In this document: positions 1 to 14,583 of the stretch, one piece after another
Layout: each line of letters starts with the position of its first letter
Numbering within the stretch: position 1 is the stretch's first letter
Origin: the human T2T-CHM13v2.0 reference genome, Homo sapiens
DNA length: 64,000 nt
Assembly: GCF_009914755.1 (NCBI RefSeq)
Contig: NC_060939.1
Direction: 5' to 3' (one strand)
Position numbers and translations under genes: made by a program
Notes under the pieces: model-generated
Told to the model about the DNA's origin: nothing
The model's input: only the letters and a program-made list of their open reading frames with translations
Database searches by the model: none

Positions 1-1868
<1,868 letters not shown>

Positions 1869-2734
1869 TGAGCCAGTGATAACCACAAAAAAACCATGTC
1901 TTGGTAAAAAGATATTTTACATAATTGATGTTCACTTCAAAATCTCCTCTTAGGTAGACTATAACAATTCAGATTACTACTGGATTCTAAGTTTCAAGAA
2001 AGCAAAGACTGTGGCCCCTTTACTTCAACATTTTATCTTTATACCTTTAACTTATTTTTTTTTTTAATTACTGCACTAGCCAGAACTTCCACAGTAATGC
2101 TGAATAAAAATTATGACAGTAAAGAAAAAAAAAAGAAAATAAAAATGAAAGATGAAAATGTTAGCAGTGTTATCTCTAAGTAGTGAATTTTTCATTTTAA
2201 TTTGCTCTTTATACTTTGTCTATTTTCCAAATTTTCTACTGTAATATCACTTTTTATATTCAGAAAAGTTATTGAAAGAAGCAAGAGATTATAGTTGAAA
2301 AGTCAGTAGATATTTCATTTGTTTATTAACTAATTCAGAGATAAGAGAAAAACTCAACTCTGAATTTATTTATACTGTTTTATATTATGCTGAGGACTGT
2401 TGTTAGAATTTACATTAAACCTGTGAAAATAGGCTTGTTCTCAACTGGTGGTTCCTAAATCTTTTTAGGGGGAAGGGGTCCACCTACTAGTTCGAGAATC
2501 TGCAGAAAGTTATGGAGTCTGATGTGAAATTCACCTCTCAGGTTAAGAATCTGATTATGATTGACAACACATTTAAGACTCTAATCCTTGACACAAATCA
2601 TCATATTCTATTCTTAAATTTTTATGGCTTTACATATGTTATTATGTGAGCAAATGTCTTATTAATACAAATATCTGAAGGGTAAAAATCAAATGTCAAA
2701 GAGCAATTTTAAAGAAACTATAAGAGAAACAGGT

Positions 2735-2875
2735 TAGGTGCCACGGCTCTCGTCTTTAATCCCAGCACTTTGGGAGGCTGAGGCAGGAGGATTGCTTGAG
2801 CCCAGAAGTTTGAGATCAGATTGGGCAACACAGTGAGACCTTGTCTCCACAAAACATTTAAATTTAAAAAAAATT
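2735..2875 (+). mobile_element. Alu monomer (FLAM/AluJ-like)
   Basis: taatcccagcactttgggaggctgaggcaggaggattgcttgagcccag...gagaccttgtctc followed by an A-rich tail; single arm only. Confidence 0.85.
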
Positions 2876-2916
2876 AAGAAAGAGAAATAATAACATACTT
2901 TGATTACTTATCTTAC

Positions 2917-3006
2917 CTTTTCTCTCAATTGGAAATATAGAAGCAATGCAAGGCACTGTGCAGCCATGTGAGATAACAATTTATCTGAATTTTGGAACAT
3001 GCAGAT
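2917..3006 (-). CDS. LINS1: LINS1 (lines homolog 1) coding exon 3, 90 nt, ICMFQNSDKLLSHMAAQCLALLLYFQLREK
   Basis: Minus-strand acceptor ttttcctgtag|ATC at 3007/3006 and donor AAG|gtaaga at 2917/2916; phase 0, in frame with exon 2; peptide continues the known LINS1 sequence. Confidence 0.93.
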
Positions 3007-3097
3007 CTACAGGAAAACAAATATAATTAACCACTATTGCTGAATGTTCTTAAAATTATTTTAAATATCTACATCTTTAGAAAAACAAATGGCTTAC

Positions 3098-3496
3098 TAA
3101 TTTAGAATCGACTTTGGCTGATTCTAAGAGAATTTTAATTACATCTCTGTACTGCTCCTTTGCATGGAACTCGGTTTTGACAGACAATATCCGGGTTGTC
3201 ATCACTTTGATCACTGTTAACTGAAGGAGCATTACTTCTCTGGAACCGCTCATCTGAGAGTTGGTCTTCAAACACACAGGTGCTACAGCAATGGGAGCCA
3301 CACCAACAGAGATGGGCTGATGCCTGCCCTGGATACCACAGGTGTTTGCCCATTCTAAGGAGGTGGCTGTAGAACAATCTTGATCTGAAACTGCTGGGTT
3401 GAGATAAAAGATGTAATCATGGCTGTCATTTTCAAGTGTGGCTCCAAGAAGTACCTTCTTGTATAACTCTTCTAAAACTTCACAGAAAACTTTCAT
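3098..3496 (-). CDS. LINS1: LINS1 first coding exon (exon 2), codons 1-133, MKVFCEVLEELYKKVLLGATLENDSHDY...AKVDSKL
   Basis: ORF 3077-3508 contains the recognised LINS1 N-terminus; ATG at 3496-3494; donor TTA|gtaagc at 3098/3097; 399 nt. Confidence 0.95.
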
Positions 3497-3599
3497 TTTG
3501 ACTTCCAAAATGTATCTTATAAGAAGGTCGACAACTCCAAGTTGTAAACATTAAATCTCAGAAGTGCAATGAATCTCTAAGAAGTTTCTTCAGTGAAAC
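3497..3599 (-). other. LINS1: LINS1 exon 2 5'UTR portion (103 nt)
   Basis: Acceptor tttttcctattttag|GTTTC at 3600/3599 on the minus strand. Confidence 0.85.
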
Positions 3600-3866
3600 C
3601 TAAAATAGGAAAAATAATTTAAAAATTCTAACTGCTATATGCTTATTACAAGAGAAAGCAACTGTTTCCACTTAATCACTAAGTCTCTCAAGTTAAAGGG
3701 GATGCTGACTGCTTAATTTCTAAAATGGAAAATTGTAACAGGAACATTATTTCAAGACCGTAACAATGAAATGTATGCTTTCCACACAGATTTGAGAGCA
3801 TAAAATTAGGTTTAATTTTAACGCAGCAGAAACTTGAGCTTTCCTCTAACAGTTTTCAATGGCTAT

Positions 3867-4090
3867 CAGGGTTTCTTAACTTTGGCACTATTAATATTTG
3901 GAGCCAGATAACTTTGTAGTGGGGAGCTGTTTTGTGTATTATAAGATGTTTGGCAGCATTCCTGACCTCTACCTTCTACATGCCCAAAGCACTTCCCACC
4001 TGACCTGCCAGATTTTGACAACCAAAAAATGTCTGCAGACATTGTCAAATGTCCCCTGGGGGACAAAATCACTCCAGTTGAGAACCACTG
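3867..4090 (-). mobile_element. MER20 (hAT-Charlie MITE)
   Basis: Minus strand reads cagtggttctcaactggagtgattttgtcccccaggggacatttgacaatgtctgcagacattttttggttgtc, matching the MER20 start; cag..ctg termini. Confidence 0.85.
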
Positions 4091-4733
4091 AGCTAATTCA
4101 AATTCATTAACCTTCACCTCCAATTTATAGATAAAAATTTAAAGTTAGACTGCTATATGGTCAAACTAGATTATGGCTATTGCCAATGAAATTCCAACTT
4201 AAAATGGATCAACATCAGAAGCAGCAAGTAGTTACTATAGAGGGAGTATGGCAAGGAAAAACTTAGGACTTTGGCATAGGCAAAAGAGATTACTGAATAT
4301 CATGACAATGGAATGCTGGAGCCTCTGGGAACAATCTGACCCTGGGAAGGAGGGGGGTTTTGCTCCTTTCATTGCCTTTGAAATATTTCACACCTCAAAT
4401 AATTCTTGTCCACAGATCTGTGAAGAACTGTCTGATAAAGAGGCAACCCTCTCCCCAGTGGGAAAAATCAGTTTTGCTTCCACCTGTAAACTCATTTTAA
4501 CATTCCTTCACCCTACATAGTTCATGGTTTTCTTACTGCTCCTTTAAACAGGTTGTGCCTGGTTCCCTTAGTAATAAGGTAAATAAAATCTTTGATACTT
4601 GGTCATTTTATATGGGTTGTGATTTCACACTCTTGAAATTTACCCTTTAACAAAATTACAGACTTCTCTGCCCTGACCCGTTTATAGACACACTTCCCAT
4701 CTTCAACTTCCAAAAGACTTCGGAAGTCTACCA

Positions 4734-5963
4734 CTTACACTGGGTCTTCCATCTACAATATGGCCACTAGCCTAGTCTTGGTCTTACACTGGGTCTTCTG
4801 TCTACACTACGGCCCACCAGCCTAGTCTTGGTCTTACACTGGGTCTTCCGTCTACACTATGGCCACTAGCCTAGTCTTGGTCTTACACTGGGTCTTCTGT
4901 CTACACTATGGCCCACCAGCCAAGTCTTGGTCTTACACTGGGTCTTCCGTCTACACTATGGCCCACTAGCCTAGTCTTGGTCTTATACTGGTTCTTCCAT
5001 CTACAACATGGCCCACTAGCCTAGTCTTGGTCTTACACTGGGTCTTCCATCTACACTATGGCCCACTAGCCTAGTCTTGGTCTTATACTGGGTCTTCCAT
5101 CTACACTATGGCCACTAGCCTAGTCTTGGTCTTACATTGGGTCTTCTGTCTACACTATGGCCCACCAGCCTAGTCTTGGTCTTACACTGGGTCTTCCGTC
5201 TACACTATGGCCCACTAGCCTAGTCTTGGTCTTATACTGGGTCTTCCATCTACAACATGGCCCACTAGCCTAGTCTTGGTCTTACACTGGGTCTTCCATC
5301 TACACTATGGCCCACTAGCCTAGTCTTGGTCTTATACTGGGTCTTCCATCTACACTATGGCCCACTAGCCTAGTCTTGGTCTTATACTGGGTCTTCCATC
5401 TACAACATGGCCCACTAGCCTAGTCTTGGTCTTACACTGGGTCTTCCATCTACACTACGGCCCACTAGCCTAGTCTTGGTCTTAACATGGCCCACTAGCC
5501 TAGTCTTGGTCTTACACTGGGTCTTCCATCTACACTACGGCCCACTAGCCTAGTCTTGGTCTTATACTGGGTCTTCCATCTACACTATGGCCCACTAGCC
5601 TAGTCTTGGTCTTACACTGGGTCTTCCATCTACACTACGGCCCACTAGCCTAGTCTTGCTCTTACACTGGGTCTTCTGTCTACACTACGGCCCACCAGCC
5701 TAGTCTTGGTCTTACACTGGGTCTTCCGTCTACACTATGGCCTACTAGCCTAGTCTTGGTCTTATACTGGGTCTTCCATCTACAACATGGCCCACTAGCC
5801 TAGTCTTGGTCTTACACTGGGTCTTCCATCTACAACATGGCCCACTAGCCTAGTCTTGGTCTTACACTGGGTCTTCCATCTACACTATGGCCCACTAGCC
5901 TAGTCTTGGTCTTATACTGGGTCTTCCGTCTACAATATGGCCCACTAGCCTAGTCTTGGTCTT
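4734..5963. repeat. Minisatellite/VNTR, 50-bp unit (cttacactgggtcttccatctacactatggcccactagcctagtcttggt), 25 units
   Basis: Counted directly: 24 units of 49-50 bp plus one 30-bp unit at 5481-5510; no spacers. Confidence 0.97.
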
Positions 5964-6416
5964 TAATGGCTGGCTTCTTCCCCTGATTTAGCCTGAGTTT
6001 CAATTGTTGATTACTCCACAACACAAAGCTGCCCTGTTTTAGTCCTTTCATGGAGAAATAAATATTAAGAAACCTATAGATTTTAAAGTTATGAATGAAA
6101 CTTTTGATAAGTTTTCTCTGAATCACACTTTCAACCTGTGGTATGCATCCCATATGATTGATTAATACAAATGTTGGTAATGTTGTTCTATCTGACAGTG
6201 TTATACTTTATCTCAGCCCTGCGTGCTCTCAGAAGGCCAGAATGGAAAAGCACCATACCCTTTTTTATTCCAAGAAAGGGTTAACCAGAAAGGACCAACC
6301 TACTGTCTACAATTCCCAAATAGGACCTACTTCTACCCTTCCTCAGTGACTCCCTTGTTTTATTAATCCCTACCTTTTCTCCTTCCTCTTCAAGAGGTTT
6401 CCCATTATGAACACTC

Positions 6417-6913
6417 TCCCTATTGCAACTGCCTGAACAAAATAATCTCCTTAATTGCCTGATATATTGTCTGTCACACATCAGAAATTAGTCTTCATGT
6501 TCCACCTCAAAGTCTAATTCCATTGCACTTACTTTATATTTTAGTTATAATAACATTTCTTTTCAAACTACTGACACTATAAGACAGAATATTTTGTTTT
6601 AATTACTATCACATGTTCAACTCTTTCAGTAAAAATTTCAGCAACAAATGGAATTATTTTTATTTATTATCCCTATTGCAACTGCCTGAACAAAATCTCC
6701 TTAATTGCCTGATATATTGTCTGTCACACATCAGAAATTAGTCTTCATGTTCCATCTCAAAGTCTAATTCCATTGCACTTACTTTATATTTTAGTTATAA
6801 CATTTCTTTTCTAACTACTGTCACTATAAAACAGAATATTTTGTTTTAATTACTATCACATGCTCAACTCTTTTAGTAAAAATTTCAGCAACAAATGGAA
6901 TTACTTTTATTTA
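6417..6913. repeat. Direct tandem duplication, period ~253 bp (two copies)
   Basis: tccctattgcaactgcctgaacaaaa...ttcagcaacaaatggaatta occurs at 6417-6669 and again at 6670-6913 with a few substitutions and 3-bp indels. Confidence 0.95.
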
Positions 6914-7254
6914 AATGCTATAGCAATAAAAATCTTCCAATAATATTCCTATGGGTCACTAAGTCCTTAAATTTTACCAAAATGAAAATGAAATTGCTAT
7001 CTGACCTAGTTTCAACCCATAAAAAGGGCAATTTCATATGGCTCAATCATTTTAGCACACCAACCAAAGTGAATGCCAGTAAATAAATATTCCAGGGAGT
7101 AGATGGGCTGTTTTCTCTCATGGTGGGACCCAGGTTCTTTGGTAAGAGTGATTGTGAGAAATTAGACTGAAAGGTTTTAAACTTTAAGAAATACAGATTC
7201 AAAATGAGCCTTTAGAGACAGAGGAAAAAAAAAAGTATTGGGGTTATGAGAGGA

Positions 7255-7580
7255 AGAAATAAACTGTTTCTTCCATTATCCTCTTACAACATGCTTCTGA
7301 CCATAGATATGTGAGGATTTCTCCCCACCAGCCAGCAAGCAAGCAAAGCAACTCTGCATAGACCATGACCTGGGCGTCCTCCAATTCAATTCTACATTAT
7401 CTACCTGGGGATACCATCAGATCACACAGACTGAAGACTGAGCCACAATTCAAATGCCAACTGCAAGCCCCAGGATGTTCCACCTGTGCTTCTGATCAAC
7501 TGGCTCTAAATTGGAGTTGCCCCGACTTTCCCTTTGGGTTTGATTAATATGTTACAGCAGCTCACAGAAATCAGGAAAAC
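7255..7580 (+). mobile_element. MER21-family LTR, left part (interrupted)
   Basis: tcctccaattcaattct..atctacctgg..atcagatc..gccaactgcaagcccca..tgtgcttctgatcaactggct..ctcacagaaatcaggaaaaca resembles MER21B/C. Strand is relative to the recalled consensus. Confidence 0.7.
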
Positions 7581-8675
7581 ATAAGCATAAATTCTTCCTT
7601 TCCCCTACTCGACTGGCTAAGGACAAAAGAAGCCCACCCAGGCTCCAAATCCTGTCATTACAGTTCATGGCTGTCACTCTAGTGGAATGAGAAGCACGGG
7701 AAAGCATGGCATTATCAAATTATATGGATGTTAAAAGTTGGGGATTACACCCAGGTACCAAAGGAAAGCTCACAGTAAGCCATCGCCTCTGGAAGAAAAG
7801 TATGCAAAACAGCACCAGTGACCACCTAAGGTCAGAGACGTCTGACACTCTAAGATTGGACTCCAAAGGGGAACACCCCAGGGGGATCCTCTGGACCTCA
7901 GTCTCTACAAAGGGGATGCCCTTGGCAGAGGTTCTGAGGTCTAGTCCTAAACTCTTCTTAGAACTTTCTCTCGCAGTTGCAATGCTGTTTGGCCCCAATA
8001 TTGTTTGGAATCTGGAGTTTGCTGTTGAATGGGAAAGTGGGATGGTGTTGCATGCATCCAGGCTTTTGTGCTGCTGTTCTGAGCAGGGGGCCTGGTTAAC
8101 ATGTGATGCTCTCGTTTGGAACTGTTTGGACCCAGTGTCCTTTGGAGTCTGGGGAGGTTTGGCCTTTAAAAATCAAACTGCCGTGTAAAATGTTTTACTC
8201 GAAATTTTGGTTCACAGCCTTCACTGGATTATCTATTGCGGCAAACAAAGTAAAACTGGCGAGCTTGTATTGCTATCTCATGGCTAGGGTTCCAAGCTAT
8301 TGGATCTTCGTTCGTGTATGTGTACATGTACATGTCTAGACGTGTTTATTTGTATGTACACTTATTGTTATATGTTGTGTTTACTGAACTGACTTATAAG
8401 AGTGCTCATACATTAACTAAGTCTAAGCAATTTTTAAGTTCACATGACTTAAGTATAACTTTACTAAATAAGCTGGCTTTAAAATTATTGGTAAAATAAA
8501 AACAGAAGTGCCTTCAGAACCGTCAGCATACATTTTTTGTCTGGTTTTATGTTTGTCTTTGCTAGATATTTTGGGATGTCAGTGTTTGGCATAGAAGATT
8601 ATTAAACTATAAACCCAGCCAAAACAAAATGATCTTGGTTTGCATGCCTTGTTTTTTTGACAAATCAGAGAAATC

Positions 8676-8975
8676 TGTGAAAGGAAAATATCTTGGGCCC
8701 CCAAAATCACTAAGCTCAAGGGAAAATTCAAGCTGGGAACTGCTTAGGGCAAATCTGTGTCCCATTTTATTCAAAGTCATCCTTCTGCTCATTAAGATAA
8801 ATGCATATCTGACTGCCTCCTTTAGAAAGGCTAATCAGAAACTCAAGAGAATGCAACTGTTTGTCTCTCACCTACCTGTGACCTGGAAGCCCCCTCCCAG
8901 CTTAAGAGTTGTCCCACCTTTCTGGACTGAACCAATGTTCATTTTACATATCTTGATTGATGTCTCATGCCTCCC
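8676..8975 (+). mobile_element. MER4A-type LTR, 3'-truncated, nested in the ERV internal region
   Basis: Starts tgtgaaaggaaaatatcttgggcccccaaaatcactaagctcaagggaaaattcaagctgggaactgcttagggcaaa (the MER4A start) and breaks off after gatgtctcatgcctccct. Confidence 0.8.
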
Positions 8976-9480
8976 TTGTTAAAACTGAAAGAACAGAGCA
9001 CAGTGAATGGGATAAGTGTTTTAAGTAAACTTTTTGTGTAAATTAAATGCTTTGAGCTATTTTTGATGCTCATTTAATATCTGGGTCATTTCCAATAAAG
9101 AAAGGATTGTGATATGGGGAAGTATGTTTCTAAATTGTGGAACTGTTCTTATTTATAAATGCCCACATCTTATGGTTCAGGATTTCTTGCTTTTTGGGGT
9201 TTCACACAAGTTTTAGGTTACTAAGAATTCTAGTTAACACATAATTCTGTAAACAAAATGTGCCAAAAAGTTTATATTACTAGTGAGAAAAATAATAATT
9301 TTGTCTAATTCAGAAGTTATCTAAAAGTTAGTTCAGATACAGATTTGAAAAGGTTATTTATGAAATACCATAGTAAGAAACCAGTAAGTAGCGGATAAAC
9401 ATGTGGAAAAAATTTATATAATAAAATATTATTTAAAACCTGACAGAGAATTGGAGACATTTGGCTAATTAATGTTTTCA

Positions 9481-9854
<374 letters not shown>

Positions 9855-12800
9855 TTAATATAGTTAAGCCTGAAGCCGGATTTAGTGTGGAGCCAAATTT
9901 CACATACATGCTTGCATTGCTTCACACTATGTCTACTGTTTTGCATGGATAGTGCCGGCACTGAAGTACTTATATAGGTCATGTGCCTAGAGTGAATTTC
10001 TTGATTGCACAGGATGTATAATGATATTGGTGAACTTAAGGAAACTGAATTGTGTAATAGTAATAAAATATTCATTATGTGGGTTTTTTGGGGCCCTGGG
10101 TAACACTGTAGCCTCCAGGATAGACTCAGTGGGAAAATTTAGGGTTGGTTTTCTGTTTGTTTGTGCTTCCAGTTTTCATTCATTTGCTGTTTATTCTCCT
10201 CTGGGCTTTGCTCGTGTATGCATATATATAAAACCATGATTTTTTTAAGTTCCTAAGTGGAAGGCTTTTATTTGGTTCTGTGGATATTCTGTTTCCTATG
10301 TGTTTTTAGAAAGTCATCATTTGTCCCATTTATCCAGAATTCCTAGGCTACCTTTGTTGGGCCTGCAGGAATTAATGGAGCACACCAGCTTTTTAATCTT
10401 AAACTAACTTCTTTGGAGTTTAGGCTTCCTGATACTTTAAGTGTCTTGATTATACTTTTGTAAATAGAATTTGAGTAGTAATTCTCACTCTGCCTAATTT
10501 CTCCAAAATTTGAAGCTATTTGTGAATATTCTTAATTCATGGGAATGTGTTTGTTTGCATTACAGTTGACTAGGGTCACCAGGGCTGGTCAGGGAGAAAG
10601 AGCCCAGAAATCTGGCATGCCGGCAAAAGGGCAAGAATTTCTTAGTAGTCAGACACTGGCCTCTCTCAATTTGTGCCAACTGGTTAAATGAAAGGTAAAT
10701 GTCACTGTTTATCTCCTCTATAAAGTTTTAATTAATACAAAAGGAATTCTGAGGCTGGTCTTAAGCTGTAGTGAATCTGGTGTGCTCTGTGTGTCTTCCT
10801 GTATTTTTCTGTCATAAAGAGGGGTACCCTAGGATAAAAAGCGTGTGTAGGGCCCCAAAAGCCCACTATTCAAGATGGCCCAGCCAATTGGTCAGTCATG
10901 TCCTTGGGAGCTTGACCTTGTAACTATGTGGCTGTACTTTCTCTTTTCACAATGGTGGCCTGGGTTTAGGGTTCAATTCCTGGCTCAGGGAATGAATCCT
11001 TTATCTTCTGTGTATTTATATGTGTTGTGTGTATAATATAAAAGAGTTTTAATTAACTGGTTAATAATAAGAGCTTAAATCAAATATTTTGTCAGAAAAG
11101 TAAAAAGTGTAATGCCTTTCATTTAGTTCATGTGACTTAAGTAATCTGAGAAATAAAGACAGTTTTTAAAGATTATTGGTAAAATAAAAATATCTTCACA
11201 AATGTAAACATTTGGTCTAAATTATGCAGGTCAGATATTATGTTGACTAAATGCTTTAAGGTCACAAACTGCTTCTTTGACTTTTAAAAATTGCTTAATT
11301 TATTCTGGAGCATTAGATTCTAGATAAGTCTTGGGGACATGTGAAATTAGCCATGCCCTCTAGCTATGCAAACAAGGTTTTATATAAGAAAGGATCTTGT
11401 ATGATAAATTCTTGTCCTAAAGTAAAATAACTGCTTGTTTAAAAGAGGGGTGTTTAGGACAAGTCAGAAAGTCCAAGCATGTGATAGATGGTCTGTGTAA
11501 GTCATGAAATAATTTATGAAAAAGAATTTATGCAAGAAATGTTGTACAATTTAAAGGTGATTAGGCCTCCTAAATGCTTTGTAAATGCCACTGTGACTCT
11601 TAACTGTACAATTTGCCTGTTTTACAGCTAGGTAGGGCCCGGGACACATGGAGTTAGATGCTAGAAAAAGTCAGACTTTATCTGCATTTCTTTCTGGGTT
11701 CTAGGCTTCTCCACATCTAGTACTTAATTAAAACCCCAAACTTATCAAGGTTTTCACCAAAAGTAAAAGTTGCTAAGAGTTAACATTGTAACATGTAACT
11801 GAGACTACTGAAGAAACAGTTTTACATGCAAGGTGTGTAAGAAAAGTGAAAGGTGTTGTTGGTAAAAGACTATAAGAAAGCATGGGAATGTACATTTTTG
11901 CCTAATTTAAAGGGTTAAACCACAGAAATAACCAAATTTCCTTGTATAAAGCTGCTAACCCAAGTAGAACAAGAATTAAGTACCAAGAAAATACTTTTTG
12001 TCAGATTTTCATGTTAAATCAGCTGATACTGAAATTGTTTTAGATACATATTTTGAATGAACTCCACGATCTAAGTCAATTTACCTATGATAACCCATCA
12101 GTTACCAGTGCTATGCACCTAATGTGGAGAAACAACTGGTATTCAAGAGGATATAAGTCTAATATTAATTAAGCATGGACTCATGGAGGACCAGGTTGGT
12201 CACCTTGTCCTTTCTGAGTCCTTAAAGCTTTTATTATTAAAAGTTCTGCATTCCATGACTCATCATAGAAAAGATAAAATGATCCAAATTGAATATATTG
12301 GTGTGGTGGCTTATAAATTACTGAAATACTTTATAGCCAATGTTTGGGCCCATATTCCTGGGAAAATAATCAAAGCTTCAGGTACATTTGGTCACCTGAT
12401 GGGCCATTTAAGGGATTTTATTCAATTATTATTTTCAATGCATGTTTTCTGGTTATATAAAAGCTCTCCCATGCAAGAGGGCTCATGTTATAAAACTAAG
12501 TCATTACGCCACAGTGTATTTTCACTAGGTACAGAAAGCTTTTTATGGTTTGCTGAGGACAATCAACCCCTTCACAAATCTAGAGCCTAAAGATTAGATC
12601 TTCTGAGAACATTGGAGAAAGATTGTCCTTGCCATCCACATTGCAGCAAAACTTTGGAACCCTGAACTTTGGGTTCATAATCTCACAACTGAGGAGGGTC
12701 CCTCCACACTCTTGGAACTGTACACCCATAGGAACCCTTAAGGTAAAGCTAACCAAGGAAGTCGCTCCCCAGAAGAACATGGCATCCTTGATGTGAACAG

Positions 12801-13547
12801 CTTTTCCCAAGATCACAGATCAAGACTTCTACTATTATGAGAGTCTTATCTTTGAATATTTTTTGTTTATGCCTCCAAGAACAATAGAAATGAAAAGGGG
12901 GTCTGTTGTATGCACTTATGGGGTACACTTTTATTTGTGAAGGATTTTGCAGCCAGCCTCGTATATGAATAACCTTATACTTTGACAGATAAAAGATGAA
13001 GGTCCAATGCAGGTGAGAAATTTTAATGGTACACACATTGCCTCATCATCAGTCAGAAACAGAACATTGGTTCACTCCTCTTAACCCATATCCCAAGTTA
13101 AAGAGAACATTGCTAGGAGGCCTTCAATCTTCTAGAAGGGCATCATTTGTTAGGTCCTTTTTCCATGGCCCTTTTCCATTGCAAAAGAAGCAATGATTAG
13201 AAATGTTTCCCTCATGATAGGCTGTATAACAGATTCTTCTCTAAAGGCTACAGTTATGTAACAGACTTAAAATTCTCTTGTTAAAGTTATGATAGAATTG
13301 GCTGAACAGAGAAGTATCTGTGCAGCTGCTGGCACTTGTGGCCTATGGAGAAATACATCAAATGAAAAGTATAGAGATTCATCGTAGGGGATTAACAAAG
13401 AGATTGCTTGGTTAAATGAGTAGGCTCTTTATCTAGCTCATTCTTTGATCTATTTGATTTTAGGTGGTTTGGTTTATGGGAACCTAAGGGAAGAAGCATA
13501 CTCCAAACTCTTGGTATTATCCTCCCAATAGTCATAACAATAGTCTC

Positions 13548-13850
<303 letters not shown>

Positions 13851-14583
13851 ATAATAATAGTTTCCCTTGTGTGCTGTATTCTCTCAAAGGTTTTAAATGG
13901 TTGCACGCAGCCATCTCTAGAATGTCAAATGGTCTCTCTTCAACTGGAATGACAAGAGCTGAAAGAAATGTGTGAACATGAGGACACCATAACCTATGAA
14001 TCATGCACTGACACCAGAAACCCAAAATGAAGGTAACTGAGAGTTGTGCTAAGGCCCTAAGTTTTGGTCACACTCTCACCTAAGTGAGAACGTGACCAAA
14101 AAGGGAGAATTTTTTAAAATAAAATTATGGAAGGTCATTGTTTTGGACTGAACTCATGCACTAGGCCCCAACAGACCAAACCAAACCAAACCAAAATGGA
14201 GTTGCTTGCATTAAGACGTTAAGGAAACACATAGATCCTAGAACAGACTAGGTTTTGTTTTTTTTCCGCAAATCTCTAGAAAACATTCCTGGCAGCATAG
14301 GTATCCACTCCCTGAAGTTCCCATTAAATCTTTTAACCAAATTCATTTCCTCTCGCCTAGAAACCATCAAGCTTCAGATGATCATGCAACAAAGGTTCCA
14401 GCCACTACTCCTGGCCATCAAGGAGCTACCCTGCCTCCACTAGACAGAGAGGGGCGAGAGTTCCATGATTCCCAATAGGTAGGGACTGTGCCCCAAGCCA
14501 GCATGAAGCAGTTACAGAAGATAGACCATTGGTCCCTCTGCTTCCATAAAGATTTATGGGGATCACATCTTTCTGGGGGGAAA

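Noticed and set aside
4734-5963. CRISPR-like array or coding repeat
   Set aside because: Units are head-to-tail with no unique spacers, there are no cas genes, the context is a human intron, and the 50-bp period is not a multiple of 3 and is rich in stops.
7706-8188. 160-aa ORF, and the other 90-135-aa ORFs in 7.6-15 kb, as retroviral genes
   Set aside because: No gag, pol or env motifs in these frames; chance ORFs in decayed ERV internal or LTR sequence.
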